From a virus (taxonomy: Duplodnaviria; Caudoviricetes), in IMG/VR virus record IMGVR_UViG_3300037424_000485, positions 140,432-204,431 of that record: a stretch of 64,000 nt of DNA. One strand, 5' to 3'. Each line of letters begins with the position of its first letter. Position 1 is the stretch's first letter. The position numbers and the translations under genes are program-made. The notes beneath the pieces are model-generated. The model had not been told where the DNA came from and made no database searches. It saw only the letters and a list, made by a program, of their open reading frames with translations. This document shows positions 40,129-49,323 of this stretch, piece after piece.

Positions 40129-41046
40129 TTATTCATATACTATTGGAGTGCCATCATCCCATGTTATAGTAAATTCATTACCACTAACACCCATTGATAA
40201 AAGATAATCAATAATCTCAGGTTCTGTAAATATTTCATAATCTGATAGAACATTACCATCATTATCATACTTAACAGCACTTGTAGCCCATGTTAATATC
40301 TCTTCACTATCATGCCCTATACCACTTAATTGCTCTGTTGTTGTATCTGTAGAGTGTGACCATGCCTCATCTGAGGTATATATTTTTTGTACTACTGTGA
40401 GAACATTACTATCAAGCTTAGTATTGGTGAATAGATATCCATCAACTTTAAATTGTAGATTCCATAATAGTGCTCTATAATTAGCTTCTTCTATATCAAC
40501 AGATGTCTCTTGGCTAGAACTTTCAAGTATGGTTTTTAATTCAAGAGTTTTAGCACCTTGCTCTTGAGTAGCACTATCAGTGTTTATATTCAGTTCAGGG
40601 ATTGTAATTCTTACATAATTTGTTGGTGTGAAATATGGTAAGATCTGCTCAAGGATCTGTGTTAATTCAATTATATACTTAGCGGCTATCTTAACCTCGA
40701 AAGTATATGTAAAAGGCTCTGGATTTGTATATCTAAACGTTTGATTTAGCGTCCTTAATGCCTCTACTTGAAAATGCTTGCTGGTCTTTCTCTCACTATT
40801 ATATTCAACATTGACCATTTGAACAGAGATGATAGGTAGTATTTTATCTCTAACACGCCTACCTTCACTATCAGTCTTTTCTATCCAGTACCATTGTTTG
40901 GATTTTGGAGCCAGCTTAACAGGAACTTTTACATATTTTGTAATATTCCCATTTTTATCATACTTAGCAATCTTAATATCATTAAACATATCAAGAAATT
41001 GTATGATAGTCTTACGCATGATGTTGAAAAAATAATGTGTTTTCAT
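40129..41046 (-). CDS. tail sheath stabiliser / terminator gp15-like
   Basis: HYFFNIMRKTIIQFLDMFNDI...VPVKLAPKSK...QILEQILPYFTP. Confidence 0.9.
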   Translation of the reverse strand: MKTHYFFNIMRKTIIQFLDMFNDIKIAKYDKNGNITKYVKVPVKLAPKSKQWYWIEKTDSEGRRVRDKILPIISVQMVNVEYNSERKTSKHFQVEALRTLNQTFRYTNPEPFTYTFEVKIAAKYIIELTQILEQILPYFTPTNYVRITIPELNINTDSATQEQGAKTLELKTILESSSQETSVDIEEANYRALLWNLQFKVDGYLFTNTKLDSNVLTVVQKIYTSDEAWSHSTDTTTEQLSGIGHDSEEILTWATSAVKYDNDGNVLSDYEIFTEPEIIDYLLSMGVSGNEFTITWDDGTPIVYE

Positions 41047-41052
41047 ATTACT

Positions 41053-41256
41053 TTATTTCTTATTCATTGCATGTTTTAGTGCATCTATAGCATTACTGCC
41101 TCTTATAGAAAGAAGAGTATCTAGAGCCTTTTTATAATCTTTTGCATTTTTAGCAGTTAATACAGCATTATATAGAGGATCTTCCCTAAACTCTATAGGA
41201 ATGTCCTTATATGATGGAGCCTCTTTTAACAAGTATTTTTCATATGTTAATTTCAT
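41053..41256 (-). CDS. hypothetical protein
   Basis: ORF track. Confidence 0.55.
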   Translation of the reverse strand: MKLTYEKYLLKEAPSYKDIPIEFREDPLYNAVLTAKNAKDYKKALDTLLSIRGSNAIDALKHAMNKK

Positions 41257-41261
41257 TTTTA

Positions 41262-41555
41262 TTATCCTATAGCCTTTCTGATACCATTTTCATCAGTGGT
41301 TATATAATCCATACCACTCAATTCACTCTTCATAACATTTTGAAGTACAGTTGTAGTTGATGAATACTTATCTACATTCAGATAAATCTTTCCACTTTTA
41401 TATCTATAAAGAATAGGTGTTTCATAATTAACCATACTCCATCCATTTACTTCCTTGTTTATTTTAAGATTTTTAGTTCCCCAATTAGGCATTTTATTTT
41501 TTTGGAAATTCATCACCAATAAACATATTAATAACCTCTTGATTTGTGGCTTCAT
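41262..41555 (-). CDS. hypothetical protein
   Basis: ORF track; YETPI...DKYSSTT motif. Confidence 0.5.
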   Translation of the reverse strand: MKPQIKRLLICLLVMNFQKNKMPNWGTKNLKINKEVNGWSMVNYETPILYRYKSGKIYLNVDKYSSTTTVLQNVMKSELSGMDYITTDENGIRKAIG

Positions 41556-41601
41556 TTACTAAATATTTCTCAATCTTATCTTCTATTTTCATGTTCATTT
41601 C

Positions 41602-42309
41602 TTACCTTCCAAATATTTTTTCATCAATAGATGAGTAATCATCTATTGCATCACTTTCTTCTTCAATATACTCATTGTCTCCATATTCCAATAATTCATC
41701 ATATATAGGTGTTCCATCTGCCGCACTGCTGGTAGCTGTAAGTGTTGCTGTTGGGTCTAATTTATGCAATCTGTATGCCTCTAGTGACTCACTGCTATAT
41801 CTGAAAGGTCTAAGTATTAATTCCCAAATCAGCTTCTTAGCTTGAAAGATTTGCTGTTCCGCCCCCACATTCACTACCTCATACTTCCTGTTATTCCATT
41901 TAGTATGAATTACCATTCCTGGTATAGGGTGAAGATTACCAGCACTTAATGATGGTATTGATAAAAATGTATCTGTACAGTCCCTTGCAAACATAGTCTT
42001 AGGAATGACAGCATATTGTAGTGTCTCATCACTGGTAATACCAAAAGACTCAAGTATACTTGTTTCTTCTGTTGGTTCATATATTAGTTTTGTAGTGATA
42101 GCATTTGATAGATTTGTATTTGGATCTTCACCATATAATTTATCCCAGCTAACAATAGGAAAATATATATCGATTTCAAATCCGACAACATCCGTAAATT
42201 CATTAATAAATGAGTCATATAGATAATGCTCTGGATTGTCTGATGAAATATCATAAAGCCTCCAAAGTGGTGTTCCTGCTAAAGCATTTTTAACTGTTTC
42301 TATTGACAT
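41602..42309 (-). CDS. neck protein gp14-like
   Basis: EFTDVVGFEIDIYFP...DKLYGED...PIPG..I...N.RKYEV..V. Confidence 0.85.
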   Translation of the reverse strand: MSIETVKNALAGTPLWRLYDISSDNPEHYLYDSFINEFTDVVGFEIDIYFPIVSWDKLYGEDPNTNLSNAITTKLIYEPTEETSILESFGITSDETLQYAVIPKTMFARDCTDTFLSIPSLSAGNLHPIPGMVIHTKWNNRKYEVVNVGAEQQIFQAKKLIWELILRPFRYSSESLEAYRLHKLDPTATLTATSSAADGTPIYDELLEYGDNEYIEEESDAIDDYSSIDEKIFGR

Positions 42310-43180
42310 CTATAAAATCCTCAATCTTATCAAAACAGCAATATTTATTATTAATCCAATCACTTTCATTAATAACCAATAAATCTATTCCTTTTTCTTG
42401 ACATTGTTTTATTTTTATTATATCTTTTTCTTTTATCATATCTAGAGAATGCCAATACTCACCATTAAATTCTATAGCTTTATTTAAAGATGGTATCCAT
42501 ATATCTAATTCAAGATTAAAACCTGTTTTAGGATTTAATATTTGTGTTCTATCGTTTGGTAAGAATGATATCCTATCTGATAAAAAACTCTGTATTTCTT
42601 TCTCTGCCTTAGAAGATGTTTTTTCTCTATCACAATTAGGGCATCTCTTACCTTGTTGAAAATTATACCATCTCACCTTGTATTTATGATTATTATTACA
42701 TTTTATATTTATTGGTGACTGTGCATTTACATATTCTTTGCTTAATAGGATATATCCTTCATTTTCTATCTGTTCTTTTACATAATCATATGATAGTTTT
42801 TCTCTTCCACAACAAGAAATACATCTCTTACCTTGTTGAAAATTTCCATATGTTATAAGACTTTCATGTCCTTTGTTGCATTTAACACTTAAAATACTTG
42901 TAGTATTTACATATTCTTTGCTTAATAGGACATATCCTTCATTTTCTATCTGTTCTTTTACATAATCATATGATAGTCTTCGTGTGTTATGTGATTTTTC
43001 ATTACCACAAATTCTACATCTATGTCCTTTTTTAAAAGACCAAAATGTAGGATGATATATATGTCCTTTATTACATTTAACTTCTAATTTAGAATTAGAT
43101 CCTATATAATTTTCTGATAGTAGTTCATATCCTTCATTTTCTATCTGTTCTTTTACAAATTCATATGTATCCTTCTTCAT
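42290..43180 (-). CDS. free-standing putative homing endonuclease (Zn-finger repeats plus PD-(D/E)XK/Vsr-like domain), start MKKDTY
   Basis: 3 x YVKEQIENEGY.LLS..Y repeats; 116 bp identical to 24017-24132 at 42441-42556. Confidence 0.8.
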   Translation of the reverse strand: MKKDTYEFVKEQIENEGYELLSENYIGSNSKLEVKCNKGHIYHPTFWSFKKGHRCRICGNEKSHNTRRLSYDYVKEQIENEGYVLLSKEYVNTTSILSVKCNKGHESLITYGNFQQGKRCISCCGREKLSYDYVKEQIENEGYILLSKEYVNAQSPINIKCNNNHKYKVRWYNFQQGKRCPNCDREKTSSKAEKEIQSFLSDRISFLPNDRTQILNPKTGFNLELDIWIPSLNKAIEFNGEYWHSLDMIKEKDIIKIKQCQEKGIDLLVINESDWINNKYCCFDKIEDFIDVNRNS

Positions 43181-43185
43181 ATATG

Positions 43186-43193
43186 TATTTATA
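43186..43193 (-). promoter_or_regulatory. late promoter TATAAATA 5 nt before ATG
   Basis: TATAAATA-CATAT-ATG, no SD. Confidence 0.6.
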
Positions 43194-43208
43194 TAATATC
43201 TATAATAA

Positions 43209-43847
43209 TTACGTAGGCCAGCCAGTAGTAATATCATAATTGATAATATCTAAATGGTTTTGAAGAAGATTTATGGCTTTACTATGATTATATTCATTTC
43301 TAAAGCATTGTTGTACATGAAACCCTACAACATTTGCTATAATTAATGCTGTTGTACTATCTATATCTACCCATCCGTCATCACCTTTAAAATTAATTAA
43401 CTCTGTTGGGTTAAGCTCGATAAACGACTTCAAACCATTGATCATGGCCTGACTACTTCTATCTGTTGATATAGTAATACTCCCCCCGCCACTTAATGGC
43501 ATGGAAAGACCGCTTATTTCTTTTTGATATCTAAATGTTGCTAGTTCTTTTAATTTATAATACCTTATAGATTCTGTATTAGCCGCTATTTCTTCTGGTG
43601 TTAATTCAGTAATAACCCATGAAATTGTCCATATGTCAGATATAAGATGTGGATATGAGCTTGATAAACCTTGTGTTGTGGTATCATAGCTTGGAGCACC
43701 TGATGAGACTACAGTAAATACATCATAGCTGTTAAGTATTTCTTCTGTTATACTACGAGGAAACGAAACATTAGGGTTGTCTGCATGAAGATCTATAAGG
43801 GTATATGGATATTTTTGTATAATTCCGTTATTTGCTTTTAAGTACAT
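43209..43847 (-). CDS. tail fibre assembly protein (DUF4376-like)
   Basis: KLKELATFRYQKEISG...ISTDRSSQAMI...FKG.DGW...HVQQCF. Confidence 0.75.
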   Translation of the reverse strand: MYLKANNGIIQKYPYTLIDLHADNPNVSFPRSITEEILNSYDVFTVVSSGAPSYDTTTQGLSSSYPHLISDIWTISWVITELTPEEIAANTESIRYYKLKELATFRYQKEISGLSMPLSGGGSITISTDRSSQAMINGLKSFIELNPTELINFKGDDGWVDIDSTTALIIANVVGFHVQQCFRNEYNHSKAINLLQNHLDIINYDITTGWPT

Positions 43848-43861
43848 TTATTCTCTCTCTT

Positions 43862-46126
43862 TTATAAATCATATATGTAAGCTTTACCACTGTTTAGATA
43901 GCCATCCTCATCCTCCAATGGCGCACCAATAATAACATGTGTATCTGATATAGATACAGTATATCCAAACTGATCACCGGTACTTGTTCCGAATGCATTA
44001 GGATTGTCTAATGTATGAAGTAAAATACCTGTAGCATTATCATAAATATAAGCTTTACCGCTTGATAAACCACCTGCATCGTCTTCTAAATAAGCACCTA
44101 CAATTGCATAGCTATCTGATATAGCTACAGAATATCCAAACCAATCGTTGGCAGTAGTGCTATATGCATTAGGGTTGTCAAGTGTCCACAATAGAGCACC
44201 TGTAGCATTATCATAAATATAAGCTTTACCGCTTGATAAACCACCTGCATCGTCTTCTAAATAAGCACCTACAATTGAATATGTATTAGATATAGCTACG
44301 GCCCTACCAAAGCTATCACCAGCACTAGTACCATAAGCATTAGGATTGTCAAGTGTATGAAGCAAAGCACCTGTAACATTATCGAAAATATAAGCTTTAC
44401 CGCTACTTAAACCACCTGCATCGTCTTCTTGATAGGCTCCAACTATTGAATAGTTGCCATGAGTAGAAACCGAATATCCAAATCTATCAGCAGCACTAGT
44501 TCCATATGGATTTGGATTGTATAGTGTATGAAGTAAAGATCCATTTGTAGTATTGAATATATATGCTCGTCCACTATCAGCCTGAGTGTCATCTACACCA
44601 TAAGCACCAACAATAGCATATGAATTTGAAATACTTACTGATCTTCCAAAAAAACCACCTGTACTATATGCGTTTAGTGTATGAAGCAAAGCACCTGTAA
44701 CGCTGTTGTAAATATAAGCTTTACCAGATTGAGTAGATTCATAATGAGCACCAATAATAGCATAAGTATCTGATATAGCTACACAATATCCAAAATAATC
44801 TTCAGTGCTGGTTCCATAAGCATTAGGATTGTTTAATGTATGGAGTAAAGCACCTGTAGTATTATCATAAATATAAGCCTTACCGCTTTGTACTCCTCCA
44901 GCATCATCCTCTTGATAAGCACTTACAATTGAATAATTATCTGATATATCAACACTATAACCGAATCTATCTTCAGTGCTAGTTCCATATGGATTTGGAT
45001 TGTTTAATATGTTAGAGGGAGCTGATATTATTGTCGGGATTCTATAAATATAAGCTTTACCGCTACTTAAACCACCAGCATCGTCTTCTAAATAAGCACC
45101 TACAATTGCATAGTTGTCTGAGATAAATACAGATCTGCCAAAATAGTCATTAAGGCTAGTGTTATAAGCATTAGGGTTATCTAATGTACTAAGCAAAGCA
45201 CCAGTGGCTGGATTAAAAATATAAGCTTTACCGCTACTTAAACCACCAGCATCATCCTCACCATAAGCACCTACAATTGCATAATTATCTGATATAGCTA
45301 CAGAATATCCAAAGCTATCACCAGCACTAGTGTCATAAGCATTAGGGTTGTCTAGTGTATGAAGCAAAGTGCCTGTAGCATTATCGAAAATATAAGCTTT
45401 ACCGCTACTTAAACCACCAGCATCATCCTCACCATAAGCACCTACAATTGCATAATTATCTGATATAGATATATCTATCCCGAATTGATCACTAGCAGTA
45501 GTGCTATAAGCATTAGGGTTGTCTAATGTCCATAGCAAAGCACCTGTAGATGGATTGTAAATATAAGCTTTACCACTTGATAATCCACCGGCATCGTCTT
45601 CTTGATGTGATCCCACAATAGCATATGTATTAGAGATAGCTACATTCTGACCAAAGTTATCATTAAGGCTAGTGTCATAAGCATTAGGGTTGTCTAATGT
45701 CCATAGCAAAGCACCTGTAGAAGGATTATAGATATAAACCACACCACTGCCAACATCACCAGCAGGGCTTTTTTCATTATAAGCACCTACAATAGCATAG
45801 CTTTCTGATATCCCAACAGAATATCCAAAAACATCAACAGCAGTAGTGCCATATGCATTAGGGTTATCTAATGTACTAAGCAAAGCACCAGTGGCTGGAT
45901 TAAAAATATAAGCTTTACCACTTGTCAAGCCACCTGCATCATCCTCACCATAAGCACCTACAATTGCATAGCTATCTGATATAGCTATAGAGTATCCAAA
46001 GCTATCACCATCACTAGTGTTATAAGCATTAGGGTTGTCTAATGTTTGTGATAGTGTGATATTAATAGGGGTTTCCGGTAGTGTTTCAGGTATACTACCA
46101 CACATCATTAAATCTCTATATCCCAT
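43862..46126 (-). CDS. virion adhesin with 13 FG-GAP-like blades (6+7)
   Basis: 13 repeats with one linker YIYRIPTIISAPSNIL. Confidence 0.85.
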   Translation of the reverse strand: MGYRDLMMCGSIPETLPETPINITLSQTLDNPNAYNTSDGDSFGYSIAISDSYAIVGAYGEDDAGGLTSGKAYIFNPATGALLSTLDNPNAYGTTAVDVFGYSVGISESYAIVGAYNEKSPAGDVGSGVVYIYNPSTGALLWTLDNPNAYDTSLNDNFGQNVAISNTYAIVGSHQEDDAGGLSSGKAYIYNPSTGALLWTLDNPNAYSTTASDQFGIDISISDNYAIVGAYGEDDAGGLSSGKAYIFDNATGTLLHTLDNPNAYDTSAGDSFGYSVAISDNYAIVGAYGEDDAGGLSSGKAYIFNPATGALLSTLDNPNAYNTSLNDYFGRSVFISDNYAIVGAYLEDDAGGLSSGKAYIYRIPTIISAPSNILNNPNPYGTSTEDRFGYSVDISDNYSIVSAYQEDDAGGVQSGKAYIYDNTTGALLHTLNNPNAYGTSTEDYFGYCVAISDTYAIIGAHYESTQSGKAYIYNSVTGALLHTLNAYSTGGFFGRSVSISNSYAIVGAYGVDDTQADSGRAYIFNTTNGSLLHTLYNPNPYGTSAADRFGYSVSTHGNYSIVGAYQEDDAGGLSSGKAYIFDNVTGALLHTLDNPNAYGTSAGDSFGRAVAISNTYSIVGAYLEDDAGGLSSGKAYIYDNATGALLWTLDNPNAYSTTANDWFGYSVAISDSYAIVGAYLEDDAGGLSSGKAYIYDNATGILLHTLDNPNAFGTSTGDQFGYTVSISDTHVIIGAPLEDEDGYLNSGKAYIYDL

Positions 46127-48072
46127 TATAAGCTACCTATTGCAGCTACCTGACCATGCCATGTAGTTCCACCATTATTTGTAGTGAATACTAATATATC
46201 AATGCCAGAAGCTGTAAGTGTCGGAGCTATAGCAGAAGGCCATTTAACACCAGGCCAAGTAACCACTGATGAACCGCCATTTGTTAAATATAAAACAAAA
46301 CCGCTCTGTCTTCCAGTAGTAGCAGGATTTGTAAACGCAAATGATGTTGTTGTTGCCACGGTAGCAGTAACAACATTACCAAGTGATAAATCAATAGGCT
46401 GATTTGCAGCTGCCACACCAATAATATTTACAACCTCTTCTACCTGTTTAAATAAAGGTTTTGTAAGAGACTTGTTGGTTAATACTTGGATATCTGTGGT
46501 TCCTACAATAACACCACTGGGAGCTACCTTAGTAGAGTCCTTAATTAATTTTCCTGTTATGCCATTAAACAAAGGTATTGTTGAATCAAGAGAGGAAGTA
46601 GGGCCTGTTACTTTATTATCCAAAGCTGTTTGTACATCTGTTGTTATGGGTAGATTTGTAGCATGATATCCATCTAATAAATCTGCATCTAGACCAGATG
46701 TACTACCATCGACAGTTTTTATAGCTGTGAGAATTTCTGAAGCTGTTTGGTCGGCTGTGGCACTAGGCTCGATAAGATTTAATTTAGAAAGAAGAGAATC
46801 AGTAAATGCATTTGTATCTGGATTTGCTTCATATAATGTTTTTATCTGAAGTCCATTAAAATCTATATAGTTTAAGATAATAGACCAGTCGGTTAATGCT
46901 ACTGGATCATTAATATTGGCAAAAATAAAATCACCAGTATTTAAATTCAAATCAAAGAATGTTCCAGATGTTGTTATTGTATATAGATCCCCTGATACTA
47001 TTCCAGGAATTGGAGATACGTCTAAATCTGGTGTATTTGTAAGGGCATCATAACCACCTTTGAAATGAATAGCAGAAACTACAAACTGATCAACATATGT
47101 TTTTACGCTTTGTTGTGTTGGTATTTTATTAGCAGTATTTGAGATCATATTGTCTTCATCAATAACAAAAGACATAAGTGATGCATTTGTACTGTCAAAC
47201 ATTACAGCACCAGCAGCAGATACATTAACTGATCCTGTTACATCAGCAGATACAGATATGGTATCTAATTTTTCTTTATCTAATAATGTTAATATAGCAT
47301 TTGTTGTTCCACTACTGATATTATCTGCATTTGTAGTATCTATATTAACAACATTCCCTAAATCAACATCAGATGCAGTTACCTGATGGGGGTTTCCTGA
47401 TACTAAAGTTGTATGAGTATATGTATTATCCCAATTATTGCTATTGTTAGGTATTACAGAGTAAAAACCAAAACCATTGGTTATCATTATACCGTCTGAT
47501 GTAAAATCATAATCTGTTAATATAGCCCCACTAACAGACATCCCTAGAATTTGTTCCTCTAGATCAGTGGTGAATGATGCAGTTGTAGCTTGTAGAATAT
47601 CTGAATATGCCTGTATTGTTGTACCTATAAAACTCTCACTAAAAGAATCCCCACTAACAGATAGACTAGAAATCCACTCAGCTTCAGAGCCTATAAAACC
47701 ATTGTTTATAGCTATCTCATAAGCACTAATACCATCAGCTCCATCAGCTCCACTAACAGATAGACTAGAAATCCACTCAGCTTCAGAGCCTATAAAACCA
47801 TTGTTTATAGCTATCTCATAAGCACTAATACCATCAGCTCCATCAGCTCCACTAACAGATAGACTAGAAATCCACTCAGCTTCAGAGCCTATAAAACCAT
47901 TGTTTATAGCTATCTCATAAGCACTCGAACCTTTCTGACCTATGGTAACAATAGCTGTTATTGTTTCCTCTATGGTGGTTATAGGTATAGTGTATGTAGG
48001 CGGCTCTGTGGCTAGAGGGACTACAACTATAGTTGTGTCTATGGTGGTTATAGGTATGCTTATAGTTGTCAT
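46126..48072 (-). CDS. fibre-like structural protein
   Basis: SAYEIAINNGFIGSEAEW repeats; SGLDADLLDG motif; C-terminal domain WPSAIAPTLT..G.DILVF. Confidence 0.75.
   Translation of the reverse strand: MTTISIPITTIDTTIVVVPLATEPPTYTIPITTIEETITAIVTIGQKGSSAYEIAINNGFIGSEAEWISSLSVSGADGADGISAYEIAINNGFIGSEAEWISSLSVSGADGADGISAYEIAINNGFIGSEAEWISSLSVSGDSFSESFIGTTIQAYSDILQATTASFTTDLEEQILGMSVSGAILTDYDFTSDGIMITNGFGFYSVIPNNSNNWDNTYTHTTLVSGNPHQVTASDVDLGNVVNIDTTNADNISSGTTNAILTLLDKEKLDTISVSADVTGSVNVSAAGAVMFDSTNASLMSFVIDEDNMISNTANKIPTQQSVKTYVDQFVVSAIHFKGGYDALTNTPDLDVSPIPGIVSGDLYTITTSGTFFDLNLNTGDFIFANINDPVALTDWSIILNYIDFNGLQIKTLYEANPDTNAFTDSLLSKLNLIEPSATADQTASEILTAIKTVDGSTSGLDADLLDGYHATNLPITTDVQTALDNKVTGPTSSLDSTIPLFNGITGKLIKDSTKVAPSGVIVGTTDIQVLTNKSLTKPLFKQVEEVVNIIGVAAANQPIDLSLGNVVTATVATTTSFAFTNPATTGRQSGFVLYLTNGGSSVVTWPGVKWPSAIAPTLTASGIDILVFTTNNGGTTWHGQVAAIGSL
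47651..47925. repeat. perfect 99-bp tandem repeat (~2.8 copies)
   Basis: Units start at 47651, 47750, 47849. Confidence 0.92.
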
Positions 48073-48073
48073 A

Positions 48074-48430
48074 TTAATATGTTCTGTCTTCTGAGATCTT
48101 TATATTGCCTCTTATATATGTCTTAGTAATACCTAGACTATCGGTTGTTTCAAAATCCCAAGTCCATGTGCCAGCCTCTAGTGGTAGACTCTGTTCAGCA
48201 ATAGATATCTCCCATGTGTTAGCATCAGTAATAACAATAATGCCATATCCTACTGTTGATATAGATGAGAATCCATATCCAAGCTTATTGGCTTTATCAC
48301 GAAAATGTAACCTACAGCTTACTAAAGCATTGGTTGGTGCGACATTATCAAATGTTATAGGGCCTATCTGAATCCCTGACCATGTATCGCCTCTTACAAA
48401 AGGCGGTAGTTCTACAAAAGCTGGTGTCAT
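48074..48430 (-). CDS. BppU-like / Ig-fold virion protein
   Basis: RGDTW...AGTWTWDFETTD...TYIRG.I. Confidence 0.55.
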   Translation of the reverse strand: MTPAFVELPPFVRGDTWSGIQIGPITFDNVAPTNALVSCRLHFRDKANKLGYGFSSISTVGYGIIVITDANTWEISIAEQSLPLEAGTWTWDFETTDSLGITKTYIRGNIKISEDRTY

Positions 48431-48477
48431 AATATTTATCTCTTTTTTAATTTAACTTATTAATATCAACTACTTAT

Positions 48478-49278
48478 CTAACCCATAGAAATTCCATACC
48501 CCATATGACAATCTTCATCTCTTAGCCTTTCTTCTAATTTTTCAATCATAGTATCAGCTTCAGATATTAATTCACTACCATCCAATGAAATACCCTGATT
48601 ACCAACAGATGCAAAAGAGCTAAATTTTCTTCTTATAATGCCTAGGGTTCTCATAGACAATGCAAATGCATAATCTTGTACTGTTTGCTCGCTATATATA
48701 TCCTCATCTTCAGCTTCTAATTTAAAAACTCTCAGTAGGGCGAATCCAGGACTATCTATATAAATAGGTTCACCAGCTGATGTATATCCTGTTATGATAT
48801 AACCACCACTAACAGGTGGAGTAGGGGTGAGTGTTAGTTGGTTTTTAAATTTATTATATGTCCATTGATACTTAGAGTGTACATATCTGCTTAGTGTCTC
48901 AAGGAAATCTAGCGCGATATGATATCCAATTAGATCAAATGGATTTTGAATATTTGCCAACATGCCTTGCGAATAGAAATAGTTTTCAATTGTGAATAAT
49001 GTATTAATACTACCACCAAAAGACCCGCCGCCTACACCATCGGTATATGCAACAACTTCCTTGATAGAGGGTAGAAGATCATAGGTGGCCTGTCCACCAG
49101 ATAGCAGTACAGTTATATATTCCTCCTGTACTGCATTACCTATCGCAACTTTTATAAATCTATCCCTAGAATAATCAATAGCATCTTCTATTTGTGTATC
49201 GGTGAGTTCAACCTTTATGAGTGGAAAACCAAGCCTTCTTTTGATTAATTCTATTAGCTCTGATTTAGTTATTGTCAT
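48478..49278 (-). CDS. neck protein gp13-like
   Basis: LIKRRLGFPLIKVELTDTQIEDAID...LDG..L. Confidence 0.9.
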   Translation of the reverse strand: MTITKSELIELIKRRLGFPLIKVELTDTQIEDAIDYSRDRFIKVAIGNAVQEEYITVLLSGGQATYDLLPSIKEVVAYTDGVGGGSFGGSINTLFTIENYFYSQGMLANIQNPFDLIGYHIALDFLETLSRYVHSKYQWTYNKFKNQLTLTPTPPVSGGYIITGYTSAGEPIYIDSPGFALLRVFKLEAEDEDIYSEQTVQDYAFALSMRTLGIIRRKFSSFASVGNQGISLDGSELISEADTMIEKLEERLRDEDCHMGYGISMG

Positions 49279-49309
49279 GTTATTTTTCCTATATAAATAT
49301 ATCTTCTAG

Positions 49310-49317
49310 TATTTATA
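49310..49317 (-). promoter_or_regulatory. late promoter TATAAATA
   Basis: Exact box upstream of gp13. Confidence 0.65.
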
Positions 49318-49323
49318 TAAATA

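Noticed and set aside
11525-46126. Diversity-generating retroelement acting on FG-GAP repeats
   Set aside because: No reverse transcriptase or non-coding template repeat in the window, and differences are not evidently adenine-restricted.
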